From Octopus sinensis (lineage: Eukaryota), in NCBI RefSeq assembly GCF_006345805.1, contig NW_021833882.1, positions 1 through 53,447 of the forward strand: 53,447 bases of DNA, given 5' to 3'. The notes beneath the pieces are model-generated. The model did no database searches. It was not told the origin of the DNA and saw only the letters and a list, made by a program, of their open reading frames with translations. Numbering within the stretch: the stretch's first letter is position 1; each line of letters begins with the position of its first letter. Made by a program: the position numbers and the translations under genes. Shown piece after piece: positions 1 through 12,368 of the stretch.

Positions 1-24
1 ACCCACATATGCGTGTTGTGGTAC

Positions 25-92
<68 letters not shown>

Positions 93-161
93 AGAGAGAG
101 AGAGAGGGGGAGAGGGGGGGGGAGAGGACAGAGCGAGCTAGCTAGATAGCTAGAGAGAAGC

Positions 162-225
<64 letters not shown>
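25..225. repeat. Compound microsatellite (TA)n-(GA)n-(GATA)n
   Basis: Directly visible; explains the ORF at 142..396. Confidence 0.95.
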
Positions 226-226
<1 letters not shown>

Positions 227-704
227 GTGGTGTCTGCGCGCGCGTGTAATTGAAATTTCCAGAAAAGCAAAATACGAAGACAGATGTGTAAACAACAAGC
301 AGATGTAGTAGTTTGGCGCTCAGGAAGGTTAGAAAGGAAAGCGAGGAAATAAACAGAGAAAGAATAATAAAAAAAACTTGTCGATTTAGCGGTCAATCAT
401 GGGCAATATATATAAATATATATATATATATATAACTATATATATATATATATATCATATATTATTATTTATTGAACGCGTCGCCTCCACTACTAGTATA
501 TATCTATAATATATATATATATGTTAATAAATATATGCATATATATAAAAACATATATGTACGTACCTACCTCTACATGTACATATACACGCATATATGT
601 GACAGGACACCAAAAAGACGTCGAACACATAGAGAGACGAAAAACATAGACACAAACCAAGGAAACAAGAAAGCAAAAAAAAGAGTACAGGACAATAAGC
701 ACAA

Positions 705-742
<38 letters not shown>

Positions 743-867
743 TATAATTTGTATGTGTGGTATATTATATAACATTGATATAGATATATATATGTGTGTG
801 TATGTATTGTATGTTGTTATGTATGTATGTATGTGTGTGTGTGTGTGTATGTATATTTACTTTAATT

Positions 868-1055
868 CCTTTATTCTTTTGCTTGTTTCAGTCTGCACAG
901 CCCTTAGTCGAGAAAATCGACCCCATGACTTATTCTTTGTAACCCTAGTACTTATTCTATCGGTCTCTTTTGCTGAACCGCTAAGTTATGGGGACGTAAG
1001 CATACCAACATCGGCTGTCGAGTGATGGTGGGGGACAAACACAGACATACAAGCA
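868..1055 (-). mobile_element. 3' half of tRNA-derived SINE family A
   Basis: Reverse complement matches the 3' body (cttagcggttc.gcaaaagagaccgatagaataagtact) of the full copies at 5435, 18053, 22998 and 39329. Confidence 0.8.
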
Positions 1056-1148
1056 GCCACACACACACATGCATACTCACACAAATATATAACTTAGCGG
1101 TTCAGCAAAAGAGACCGATAGAATAAGTACTAAGCTTACACAAACTGT

Positions 1149-1197
<49 letters not shown>

Positions 1198-1207
1198 AAA
1201 ACATATG

Positions 1208-1555
1208 TATGTATTGGGTTATTACAGGTAAGTTCGCTGCCATCAGTTCATCGTATCCCGACGGGCTTTTTTTCAGATTCCGTCTACCAAATACCATGTC
1301 TGGTAATTTTACCGTCATCAGTTCATCGCAGGCAAAGTTCACCGTAAGGAATGTTCACTGTACGTTCTGATCTCCATTACTTTCGCTTTTTCGTTTCAAT
1401 GAAATAGTTTTAGATTATTTATGGTGAGATACTATGAATATACATTCTCGGTAAACTTTCCTCGCGGTGAACTTTCTTCACGGTCAATTGATGGCGGTGA
1501 TCTCTCCCGCGAAGAACTGATGGCAATGAACTTACCTGTAATCATCCAATACATA
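1208..1555. mobile_element. MITE-like element with ~45-bp imperfect terminal inverted repeats
   Basis: atgtattgggttattacaggtaagttcgctgccatcagttc at the left end pairs with gaactgatggcaatgaacttacctgtaatcatccaatacat at the right end; short internal repeats gttcatcg/gttcaccg; no coding capacity. Confidence 0.7.
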
Positions 1556-1631
1556 TGTTTATGGTTGTGTGGATGGGTGGGGCGTGTGTGCACAATTTGT
1601 GTTGGTTGTACAGTTGGTTATTTTGTTGTTG

Positions 1632-1829
1632 GGATCTTTTCGGTTTGAACGGCAGTTTTCAACACAATTTCTAGTTAACTAAACACTTTTAAACTTCGTA
1701 TACTGGTAGAATGTGTCAAAATAAAACATTTTTTTCTCTTGGCTTTCTTGAGAAAATTGTAATTTGTAAGTTTAACGTAGTTTAATTTTTCGAATTTTAA
1801 CCAATCCTATGCCCTCTTTTGAGCTAAAA

Positions 1830-1830
<1 letters not shown>
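1632..1830 (+). mobile_element. Truncated copy of the GGATC-terminated MITE family
   Basis: Starts ggatcttttcggtttgaacggcagtttt like the copies at 9857, 10700 and 41446; ends at an (ATT)n tract. Confidence 0.8.
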
Positions 1831-1890
<60 letters not shown>

Positions 1891-1895
<5 letters not shown>

Positions 1896-2174
1896 TGTTG
1901 TGTCTGGGGAGAGTCATTTTCTTTTAGTGCCTTATTATGTAACACACTCACCGGTAAAATTTCCACATTTTTCTTATTTTTATTGTCCTAAAATTTTCGT
2001 TGCGTCTTGCAACCTTTTCAGTAGTTTTGAAATAGAGACAAAAGTAATGAAAAGGTTGCAAGACGCAACGAAAATTTTAGGACAATAAAAATAAGAAAAA
2101 TGTGGAAATTTTACCGGTGAGTGTGTTACATAATAAGGCACAAAAAAATGACTCTCCCCAAACACAACAGAATA
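1891..2174. repeat. Long near-perfect inverted repeat (~130-bp arms, 27-bp spacer) between (ATT)n tracts
   Basis: 1891-2020 is the reverse complement of 2048-2174, which yields the mirrored ORFs 1772/2102 and 1900/1980. Confidence 0.9.
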
Positions 2175-2198
2175 TGCTTCAACACACGAACTCACATA

Positions 2199-2245
<47 letters not shown>

Positions 2246-2252
<7 letters not shown>

Positions 2253-3313
2253 TCCGCCTTAGCGAAGGCGGAGGTATTGTTTTCAGTCGTGTTTGTTCGT
2301 CTGTTTGTTTGTCCGTGGACAAGATATCTCAAGAACCGTTGGATGGATTCGGATGAAAGTTTCAGGGATGTTTGACCTCGTGACTGGTACGAATTCATTA
2401 GATTTTGGGATCGATCCGGTGCCGGACAAGGATTCTGGATTATTTGTTATATTTACTTTACTTTACCTGAAGTATTACGATCTTACGTTGACTTTCAAGT
2501 CTTTCTCTGATTATCTCCCTCGAAAGCATGTTCACGGTTTCCACGTAAGTTATGGCGGTGTTGCTATTTCTAAAGTTTTATTTTAGTTTCTCTATTATTA
2601 ATTTCACTCACGTCTCTATCTTAGTAGAAACTGATGGATAAAGAAATCAAACTACATAAACAAACGGCAGCAAAACCGTTCAGAAATTAAATAACACTAA
2701 CATGTTCAGTAACAATAATAGATTTAATTTATCCTTGACAATTTTTAGTTTTACCAATTTTAAATATATCGCTCCTGTTTAAAACTGCTTACCCACGTGA
2801 CAATTGCATTTCTAGCTCTGCCTTGAAGGAAGCTTTACTTCTTGGACTCCTGTTTTTGTGCGCAACGATGTTGTTAAACTTCTGTTAACAGCACCGTATG
2901 CAGGTCTTTTCCATTTACTTTAATGCAATGATAAATTTTTCACTATTGAGTTAATGGTCGTAAAGGCACTAAATAAGTGGATAGACTAAAAAAGGCCTTC
3001 GTAGAGAAAACTATCCCTGTTCCTACTGCAGACGACACACACACACAGCATTACAAACATGGCCTTCACACCCTCCTTCACATTCCATGACTACCATTGG
3101 AATCAATCAGGTACCGGACAAAGATTCTAAATTATTTTTCCGTTTTTTTTTACTTAATTTTTAAGAGCAGTCAGATTCATTCTTAGTATTCTTGTTTGTG
3201 AGAGCAGTCAAGTTTATTTCAGATATTCTCATTTTAAAAATCATCCCCGGCTAATCTTTGAGAGGATATTGGTACTGCCTTAGCGGAGGTTTGCGTTCTC
3301 TGAGTGCTCTTGT
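2246..3313 (+). mobile_element. DINE-1/HINE-like non-autonomous Helentron derivative (long copy)
   Basis: 5' acctccgcc with adjacent inverted ggcggaggt, GTYY microsatellite (gtttgttcgtctgtttgtttgtccgt), 3' agcggaggt followed by hairpin gcgttctctgagtgc. An internal block near 2408-2446 recurs near 3100-3138. Homologous to 6652-7043. Confidence 0.7.
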
Positions 3314-3337
3314 TGTTGTTGTTGTTATTATTATTAC

Positions 3338-3378
<41 letters not shown>

Positions 3379-3429
3379 ATTATTATTATATTATTATTAT
3401 TATTATTTTATTATATTATTATTATTATT

Positions 3430-3849
3430 CAGTAGTTTTATTTTTATAGCGTGCTTTCACTTCACTACCGAGCGCAGCTCTGTGTGCCTTGGTATGTGCT
3501 GTGATTTGTTGTGATGCTCTGATGGTTATTGTATGGAAAGTGTTCTGCGTAGGATGTGTGCAGTGCCTAGTAGTGCAATTTTCTGTATGTTATATGTGTT
3601 TGTAAGTCCTGGTGTTTTTGTTATGTATTTGTCTGAATATTTTTTATCATGCCTAATGCACCTACTATGATAGGAATTGTTTCTGTTTTCAGATTCCACG
3701 TTCTGGTTACCACTATTCCAGGTCTTTGTATTTGAGAGTTTCTCCATTTCTTTTAGAGACACGTTGTCATCAGCCGGTATTGATACATCAATTAGAAAGC
3801 ATTTTTTTTCTTCATGATCTCTGACAACTATATCTGGTCTGTTGGCCTA
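3430..3849 (-). mobile_element. 3' end of R4/Dong-like RLE LINE (endonuclease domain + 3'UTR) in (TAA)n
   Basis: Minus strand reads RPDIVVRDHEEKKCFLIDVSIP...KEMEKLS...IQKIALLGTAHILRRTLS; near-identical to 19581-19986; flanked by TAA repeats. Confidence 0.85.
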
Positions 3850-3870
3850 TTATTATTATTATTATTATTA

Positions 3871-3946
<76 letters not shown>

Positions 3947-3989
3947 CATGTAAGGCGTCTAGCTGACAGGAATCGTTAGCACCTACACT

Positions 3990-5370
3990 TATATGTTTCA
4001 TCTGAGTTATACAGATATTCTTTATTCCTTATCGAGTTTGTGTTTACTGCTTGATCCTGAGCAGCCACCACCAAACTTTCTGTTTCTTTCTTAAGATCAC
4101 TTTATGTCAACCAGTTCCATGAGGATTCTGCTTTTATTCCTTTCGTTTGTCTTTCGAATTGATCATGAAATTCCATACCGTCCCTCGTGCTCATGTTTCT
4201 CAGCTAACCGTCTCTGTTTATAATTTTCTTTACTTTCAATAAGTTCAATGCATCTGCTTTTGGCAACACACCTTACAAGTTCTTTTCTTCTACAGGCCAA
4301 ATACAAATCTAAACACCTGCCTTCATTAGGCGAACGACCTTTCACACTTATAACTCCTCGACCGCCTCTGTTCAACCGTGTACATAGCCTTGTGACAATT
4401 GCCTTTGGCTGCAACGCACCATTGTCAACCATTTTCTTTCGCGTTAACCTATCTTACTTCTTTATCTCTTCTTTGGTCCAATTCAAAATAGCCGCAGTAT
4501 ATCTAATAACCGAGACTGCCCAGACTTTGGTAGCACTAACCAATTTCTTCGCAATCAATTTCATTTTCAGGAGCAGTTCCAACCCGTTTAGATAGGCCTC
4601 CTCCACATTTCCTTTTTTCTTCTCATTTAGAAGGTAGTCCAGCTCCAAAATGTCTAAATATTTGTACCCCAGAGTGGTTACCGATTGACTCTCAATCGGA
4701 TAATTCAATCCCACTATTGCACACACACACACCTACCTCTTTTCATAGTCAGCGTGGCACATTTTGCAAGACCAAACTCCATCTCGATGGTTTTACAGCA
4801 TCGGTGAACCAGCCTGTAATTCATTCTTGCCAAAGTGCTTCAGATCATCCATGAGAAGTAAATGATTGATCATAGGTCTTCTGTTTTCAATCTGATTGCC
4901 AATATCTGTCACCTGTTCATCGATAATGGAATTATTAGAGCAATAATGCGAATGAATCTCCTTGGCATATTCCTTATCTTATATTGACCACTCCTAGGTG
5001 GTTTATTTCCTGCATACGTATTTGTCTTTCACAAAGGCTAGTTTCACTTATTTTAATAACGCAATATGCTGCCCCAAACATTCTCAAACACCTCAGTACT
5101 CACAAATACGGGACCATGCCAAAGGATTTTTTAAAAGTCTATCCAACCCATGCATAAATTCTTTAGGCGTCTTCTGCAATTATTCATGGTCACCTTGTCA
5201 ATTGCAAGATGGCCGTTCGTTTGATTTCTTTCTCTACACTCCTTCTGCTCTGCAGGTTATATCTCATTCTGGAACATGTGATCATAGACTTTTGCAGCAA
5301 ACATATCTGTCAACAGCTTCCAAACACTTTCCGGTGGTTTAGACGAGGAACAATGGCAAAAAACAGAGTC
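3990..5370 (-). pseudogene. Decayed RT region of an R4/Dong-like LINE
   Basis: Remnant motifs NHLLLMDDLKHF, GYKYLDILE, WAVSVIRYTAAILNWTKEEI and NRGGRG; many stops and frameshifts. Confidence 0.75.
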
Positions 5371-5434
5371 TTTATCGGCCGGAAGAATCATATAAATATA
5401 AAGGAAAGAAATACGAAGAAACTGCAAAGAAATA

Positions 5435-5848
5435 GGTGCCGGAGTGGCTGTGTGGTAAGTAGCTTGCTAACCAACCACATGGTTCCGGGTTCAGTCCCAC
5501 TGCGTGGCACCTTGGGCAAGTGTCTTCTGCTATAGCCTCGGGCCGACCAATGTCTTGTGAGTGGATTTGGTAGATGGAAACTGAAAGAAGCCTGTCGTAT
5601 ATATGTATATATATATATATATATATGTGTGTTTGTGTATGTGTGTTTGTCCCCCTAGCATTGCTTGACAACCGATGCTGGTGTGTTTACGTCCCCGTTA
5701 CTTAGCGGTTCGGCAAAAGAGACCGATAGAATAAGTACTGGGCTTACAAAGATTAAGTCCCGGGGTCGATCTGCTCGATTAAAGATGATGCTCCATCATG
5801 GCCGCAGTCAAATGACTGAAACAAGTAAAAGAGTAATAGAGTAAAGAG
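5435..5848 (+). mobile_element. tRNA-derived SINE family A, full length, internal (TA)/(TG) microsatellite
   Basis: A-box-like tggctgtgtgg, B-box-like ggttcagtccc, conserved body, gagtaaaa-type tail; at least 5 near-identical copies in the window. Confidence 0.9.
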
Positions 5849-6283
5849 AGCGATTATATAAGTACATAGCAGTGTTTGAAAAGACGGCTTACTGGTTGGC
5901 AAACAAGTGGAAATAGAAGGGATCAAAGAAAGACGTACATACGCATATATACATGTATGTGTATGTGTATATATATACACACACGCACACACAATTATGT
6001 ACAGACATACACATAAACACTCACACACATGCACACATGCATGTACGTGCATGCATACATTTATACATATGGATCCGTAATTGCACGCAAGACTGTGTGT
6101 AACAACGACGTGTCTGAACGTGTCCCTTTTAGGGCCACGATGAGGAATTATTACAGATGAACGGATAATTTGAAAGAAAGAAGTTTGAATATTTCGAGCA
6201 AGTCTTTATCAACCAAACAGTTCCCTCATAATTCAACCACAGTCTGGCTGGATTACAACAGTTCATACTGAACAACATTAGAT

Positions 6284-6593
6284 TGTTGTTTGTGTGTTCC
6301 TTCTCGAGCCATGCCTGGCTCATAAAGGCCGGTTTTCCGGTTTCTTCGCGTATAGGCTCCCTACCTGGACGGGACGCCGGTCCATCGCAGGTGAGCTGTA
6401 AGATGCAGGAGGAAAGAGTGAGAGAAAGTTGTGGCGAAAGAGTCAGCAGAAGTTTCGCCATTACCTTCTGCCAGAGCCACGTGGAGCTTAGGTGTTTCGC
6501 TCATAAACACACACATCGCCCGGTCTGAGATTCGAACCCGCGACCCCTCGACCGCGAGTCCGCTGCTCTAACTACTAGGCCATGTGCCTCCAC
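6284..6593 (-). mobile_element. tRNA-derived SINE family B
   Basis: Head ggaggcacatggcctagtagttagagcagcggactcgcggtcgaggggtcgcgggttcgaatc with A/B boxes; degenerate TSD aacaacattagat / aacaatactagat. Confidence 0.85.
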
Positions 6594-6651
6594 AACAATA
6601 CTAGATACGTTCTATTATGTGGAATTACAATGTTTTACTTAAGGAAAACAA

Positions 6652-7043
6652 TTATTACCTCCGCAAAGGAAGGAGTTTATGTTTTCATTGGCGTTGGTTT
6701 GTCCGTCTGTGTGCAAAATAACTCAAAAAGTTGTGAACGGTATTTGATGAAATTTGCAGGAAAAGTTGGTAATGACACAAGGAAGAGATGATGAAATTTT
6801 GGTAATGATCTGGGAATTTTTATAGATTCTTGAAGAATTTTTCATTTGTTATATTTACTTTACATGAAGTATTACAATGTTACGTTCTTTGATTATCTCC
6901 CCTGAAAACACGTTCATCGTTTCCACGTAACCTATGGTGGCGTTGCTGTTTCCAAAGTTTATTTTCGATTGTAATTTTAGTCGCGTATCTATCTTAAAAT
7001 GAGCTGCTTGGCGGAGGTCTGCGCTCTCCGAGTGCTTTTCTAG
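6652..7043 (+). mobile_element. DINE-1/HINE-like element (short copy)
   Basis: ttattacctccgc...ggcggaggt plus 3' hairpin gcgctctccgagtgc; internal sequence homologous to 2246-2640. Confidence 0.7.
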
Positions 7044-7197
7044 TTGCTGTTTAATCTTAGTTCAGCAGTGATCAGTGAAATTTATGATGAAAATCATTTC
7101 ATCTGTACCTATCTCACTTATTTAGGTTTATCTAGAACTATATTATCAAGTGTGTCTCTGAGGCTGTGTGGTAAGTATAAAAGAATGAAAGAGTATA

Positions 7198-7585
7198 TAG
7201 GTGAGGGCGAGATTGTGTGGTTCCTGACCCTGTGGTTCCAGGTTCAGTCCCACAGCGTGACCACTTGGGCAAGTGTCTTATACTATAGCCTCAATGGGGT
7301 CGACCAAAGCCTTGAGTGGATTTGGTTGACGGAAACTGAAAGAAGCCCGATGTTCATATATGTGTGTGTAGGTGTGAGTGTTTATGTCTGTGTTTGCCCC
7401 CACCCTTTCACCGCTTGTTGGTGCGTTTATGTTCTCGTGACTTAGAGGTTCGGCAAAAGGAGCTCGATATAATAAGTACCAAGCTGAAAGAAAACAAAAA
7501 GACTGGGGTCGATTCATTTGACAAAAAGGTTTTCAAGGCGGTGTTCTAGCATGGCCGCAGCCTAATAACTGAAACAGATAAAAGT
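7198..7585 (+). mobile_element. Diverged SINE family A copy
   Basis: ggttcagtccc...ttgggcaagtgtctt...gaaactgaaagaagcc...catggccgcag. Confidence 0.75.
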
Positions 7586-7640
7586 TATGTGTGCATATAT
7601 ATATATGTGTGTGTGTATGTGTGTGTGTGTATGTATGTAT

Positions 7641-7772
7641 ATACAAAATTAAGAGGAATAACCACTAAAGTGGAGTCCTAATATGCTAAACATAGACGTC
7701 AAATGGCGATTTGACGTCTATGTTTAGCATGTTAGGTGTCCACTTTAGTGGTTATTCCTCTAAATTTTGTAT
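7641..7772. repeat. Palindrome (64-bp arms, 4-nt spacer) of a Penelope-like terminal-repeat fragment
   Basis: 7641-7704 is an imperfect reverse complement of 7709-7772; the motif gtgtccactttagtgg is shared with the hammerhead-bearing element at 17630-17940. Confidence 0.75.
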
Positions 7773-7859
7773 GTAACAATTTTTAATCTTCGGATTTTTA
7801 AATATGCTAAGCCACTGGTTTTAATTGATTAACATCAATTTCTACCCTTATTATTTAAT

Positions 7860-7907
7860 ATATAATATATATATGCATGTATGTATATATATGTATGTAT
7901 ATGCATA

Positions 7908-7998
<91 letters not shown>

Positions 7999-8108
7999 GT
8001 GTGTATATATATATGTATGTATGTATGTATATATATGTATGTATATGTATATATATGTATATATATATATTATATATATATGTATATATATATATATGTA
8101 TATATATG

Positions 8109-8177
<69 letters not shown>

Positions 8178-8180
8178 TAT
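7860..8180. repeat. (TA)n/(TATG)n microsatellite
   Basis: Directly visible. Confidence 0.95.
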
Positions 8181-8214
8181 ACTTTATTTTCAGCAGCAGA
8201 AAATTCAACAAAAT

Positions 8215-8252
8215 CTGTTACTCTGAGTTTCTCGTTGCCGTTCATCAGACAG
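8215..8252 (-). ncRNA. Identical minimal hammerhead motif on the opposite strand (left arm)
   Basis: Exact reverse complement of 8269-8306. Confidence 0.7.
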
Positions 8253-8268
8253 TTTTTGCTAGCAAAAA

Positions 8269-8306
8269 CTGTCTGATGAACGGCAACGAGAAACTCAGAG
8301 TAACAG
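8269..8306 (+). ncRNA. Minimal type-I hammerhead ribozyme motif (right arm of palindrome 8182-8339)
   Basis: ctgt-CTGATGA-a-cg(gcaa)cg-a-GAAA-ctcagag-TA-acag: stem I ctgt/acag; stem III ACTC(A)GAGT is self-complementary; predicted GUA cleavage after 8302; stem II is weak. Confidence 0.7.
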
Positions 8307-8407
8307 ATTTTGTTGAATTTTCTGCTGCTTAAAATAAAGCATATTACTCTACCACTGGTATTTGAGTACTCTTTTTCCACCTTGTTTCACATTTATGTGT
8401 TTACTCC

Positions 8408-8471
<64 letters not shown>

Positions 8472-9016
8472 ATATATAAAAGATGCTACAGTGTGATTTG
8501 GGGAAGATTTTGTTCCTATTTCCCTTCTGATCCGGTGGTCTTGGTTTAAAGGAGCCAGTCCTTTTGTAGTGCTATCCCTATAGATAACCCGGGTACCCAT
8601 ATTCTTTATAGTTTCTTTTTCGGTAAGCTGGGGACAACAAGAACACCAACCTGATGCCGAGCCTTCATCGATGCCGTAGAACGGAGTTCAGACTTTTTGT
8701 ACGGTTTGAAGATAACCGCCCACTATTTCGTCCCGCCGGTGACGGGGACCTTAAACAGGATCATAGGTTCATAGGGTAACGAGGTCGTGGGGTCATGGCT
8801 ATGCTCTTCTTTCTTTCCTAAACACAAAAAGGAACACTCTTCATCTGAGCAGTGCATTGTCACAGGACACAGGGACAGATTTTGGTCATGTGCATCTACT
8901 TGATTATGGACAAGATCGCTGTAAGGGATCACTATAGGGGAATGTCAACCAAAGCTCTGTCCCTCTAGGTTGGTGGACCTTAGAAATAGCATGAGATTGA
9001 TGCGGACGCCTTCTGA

Positions 9017-9172
9017 TGGTGGTGGAGGCGGAGACAGTGATAGTGGTGGTGGTGGTGGTGGTGGTGGTGGTGGTGGTGGTAGTGGTAGTGGTAGTGGTAG
9101 CGGTGGTGGTGGTGGTGGTGGTGGTGGGGATAGTGGTGGTGATAGTGGTTGTGGTGGTAGTGGTGGTGGTGT
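9017..9172. repeat. (GGT)n trinucleotide repeat
   Basis: Directly visible; explains the poly-Pro/Gly/His ORFs. Confidence 0.95.
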
Positions 9173-9731
9173 GACAAGGAAAAAGGACAAATGACGTGAT
9201 AAGAGAGAAAGTTGTGTATAAGAAATGGAGACATCAATAGCTAATGGTTATTTACCAATAAATCGATAGATCACAAGGTGTTTATTCCTTCGGTATTAAT
9301 AGTAAACATTGCAGGGGGATGTGGAGAGGAAGTCGGAATTAGTCAGAACGATGGAAATCAAAGAGCTTTACATCGATCCTCAAATTGAACACCTCCACCT
9401 CAAGCAATACCACGTGACCAAGCAATGTGGTCACCTCACATGCTAGAAATAATAATGAAATCTGTCTGAAACCACACCAAATGATTTTTATAAAAGAGGA
9501 ACAACATCTTCGTTAATATAGTTCCCAATATAGAGGGGATTAAAAAAAAATAAACGAGGGATGCTCGTGGCTAGGAAGCCCCTTCACGGGGTCTGGACGG
9601 GGTTTACACAACAACAGCAAAAATAACAACTACTACTACTACAATAACTACTACTACAACAACTACAACAACAACAGAAGCAGCAACAGCAGATGTTTTA
9701 ATTAACTATCACGTTTCTCTCTATCTATCTA

Positions 9732-9779
<48 letters not shown>

Positions 9780-9809
9780 TACATAAAAGTTTAGAATGAG
9801 AAAGCAAAA

Positions 9810-10593
9810 CAATGTTATTCCAAAAGCTGGAGCTGTTTGAATGAGGAACGGTGCCTGGATCTTTTCGGTTTGACCGGCAGTTTGTAACATAATTTCTAGG
9901 TAACTAATCACTTTTAAACTTCGTATACTGGTAGAATGTGTTTATAAAACATCTTTTTCTTTTGGCTTTATTGAGAAAATTCTATAGTTTGTAAGATATT
10001 TGTTTTTTTTTTCTTCAATTTCTGCAACTTCAACCAATCAATGACGTCCATTGAGGTAAAAAAACATTCTGTGCCGTATGAATATGTCCCTCGTTTAAGA
10101 AACAGATTGGGTTTATTTACATTTGTGAAGAAAAAAAATATACCCTTCCCCCCACCCCTAACCCTAACCCTAGCTAACCCTAACCCTAAAACAGATTGAA
10201 ATGCGATAGATCAATACTAGGGTCATAATTATGGGTGACAATTTCATATGACACCGCTAGAAAAAACTGCCGTTCAAACCGAAAAGATCCCGGTGCCCCA
10301 CCCACCATATTCGCCGGATATCGCCCCATCTGATTATCAATTTATTCTGCAATCTTCAAAATCATTTGGACGGAAAAAATATGAATTCTGTAGACGAGGT
10401 CAGAACAGTAGTGGAGGAGTATTTTCGTCACAAACAAGTGAATTTTGGAAGGGGAGCCATGCAAGTCTACTAAATAAATGGAAGAGCATTGTAGAAAATG
10501 AAGGAGAGTATATTTTAGATTAAAAAAGAACTTTATCTTAATTTTGAAAAATAAAAATATAAAAAACTGCATTATTTATGGGATGACCCAGTA
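9810..10593 (+). pseudogene. 3' part of a mariner transposase fossil, interrupted by a MITE
   Basis: QKLELFE*GTVP | PHPPYSPDIAPSDY ...KWKSIVENEGEYILD; ends in TIR-like ttatttatgggatgacccag-ta. Confidence 0.85.
9857..10290 (+). mobile_element. Complete MITE with ~25-bp TIRs (GGATCTTTTCGGTTTGA.CGGCAG) and 8-bp TSD; Merlin-like
   Basis: TSD cggtgcct (9849-9856) / cggtgccc (10291-10298); internal (CCCTAA)-like tract. Confidence 0.85.
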
Positions 10594-10699
10594 AATAATG
10601 TATAATTATAGTCATTATTAAAAAGGATCTACGTGTGTCGCTCTTCTCTTATATATATTGTATGGTAATGCTTCAACACGGAGAAAACACTCGATCGTC

Positions 10700-11129
10700 A
10701 GAACTTTTCGGTTTGAACGGCAGTTTTTTAAAATAATTTCCACGAAACTAAACACTTTTAAACTTCGTATACTGGTAGAATGTGTTTATAAAATATCTTT
10801 TTCTATTGGCTTATTGAGAAAATTCTATAGTTTGTAAGATATTTGTTGTTTTTTCTTCAATTTCTGCAATTTCAACCAATCAATGACGTCTATTGAGGTG
10901 AAAAAATTCTGTGACGTATGAAAATGTCCCTCGTTTAAGAAACAGATTGGGTTTATTTACATTTCTGAAGAAAAAAAGATACCCTTCCCCGCACCCCTAA
11001 CTCTAACCCTAACTAACCCTAGCCCTAAAACAGATTGAAATGCAATAGATCGATACTAGGGTCATAATTATGGGTGACAATTTTATATGACACCGCTAGA
11101 AAAAACTGCCGTTCAAATTGAAAAGATCC
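10700..11129 (+). mobile_element. Second full-length copy of the same MITE
   Basis: High identity to 9857-10290; TSD not evident. Confidence 0.85.
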
Positions 11130-11371
11130 CCAAATAGCAACCCAGGGTCTCCTGGTCAAAATAATAATTTATTCCGCCATTTATCAAGCTGAAGCAAGAC
11201 TATTTGCCAGTTTTTTAATTTTTTTTTTTAGCAGATAACGTTTAAACAAGAGACGCTTGAAAGAAGTCAACGAGGAAAAACTCAAGGGAGATCATCAACG
11301 TTACAATAATTCGATATCAAGCAGGTGTAAACCGGATGTTAAAAGCTTATTAAGTGTCCGGTGGTCTACTT

Positions 11372-11560
11372 TTAAATTCGACAAGATGTATTTTTTGAAA
11401 TATGGACATAAAAAAATCTCGTTCCTTGAATTGTGTATTCGATCGAGGTTCTCAAGTGTTTTAATAGATATAGTTTTTCAAGCGAACACAATGAGCATTT
11501 TTTAGACCCGTTAATATAGGGTCTACATTTAGAGGGGATTTTCCATTTTGTGTGCATTTA
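11372..11560 (-). pseudogene. Penelope-like element, C-terminal GIY-YIG endonuclease region
   Basis: KWKIPSKCRPYINGSKKCSLCSLEKLYLL resembles the Penelope C-terminal WxI..PY..G.K.C.LC..EK pattern. Confidence 0.7.
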
Positions 11561-11609
11561 TGCACATTTGAACGATTTTATATATGATCTTATCAAAGCT
11601 ATTTAAAAA

Positions 11610-11880
11610 ATTTTTTTATTTTTTTATTTTATCTAGTTTCAGCTCACGAGCTGTGAACATGCTGGGGCACCGCCATTCGGTATTGCTACATGATTTTACT
11701 TTACGAATGCTTTTTAGCAATTGGTGCATGAGAGATTTTGATGTAGCTGTCCTCATCTGCACCTCCTGCTGTAAAGTTGGTTCATCTGGTACACCTGACA
11801 GGAAGAGATCCAGATTTATTTTAAAGACATCTGCATCCACCCCATGCAGGTCTCTCAGGTCCTTCGGGAGGATATTGTTG
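11610..11880 (-). pseudogene. 3' end of a CR1/L2-group LINE ORF2 with A-rich tail
   Basis: NILPKDLRDLHGVDADVFKINLDLFLSGVPDEP resembles the LINE ORF2 C-terminal N.LP...FK..LD.FL pattern. Confidence 0.6.
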
Positions 11881-12212
11881 ACTAGGATAATGTTGACTAG
11901 GATAAGAAAGTAAGTAGTAAATTTGAGTCAGCTTCTCTCTTCTTTTACATTTGACCGTTTCATTAAAGTAAAGGGTGCGAGGTATTCTTTATAGACCTAT
12001 TTAGGAAGATAGAAGTGTAATTTAATACATTCTTTGTCCAAGCATGCCAGGCAGTTAGTTTAATATAAAACACCAGTATCAAGCTTCTGCCACTCCTATA
12101 TTTTTACTGACCAAACCCTGAAAAATGAGATCGTAAGGTATGGTGAAATAAAACTATTCAGTCGATTTATTATTCAGGTCAAATGCAATTCAAATTTTAT
12201 CAGTAACATCTA

Positions 12213-12243
<31 letters not shown>

Positions 12244-12368
12244 TACTCAAAGAAATTCCAACTTTGATTTTCACGTTTTATTTACAATCTTATAATAATA
12301 TAATACATAATATAATATAATATAAGATAATATAGTGAAATGATAGAATATGAAATGTCCATTCTGAT

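Noticed and set aside
10150-10190. Telomere or chromosome-fusion remnant
   Set aside because: Only a few CCCTAA units, internal to a MITE and repeated in each full copy.
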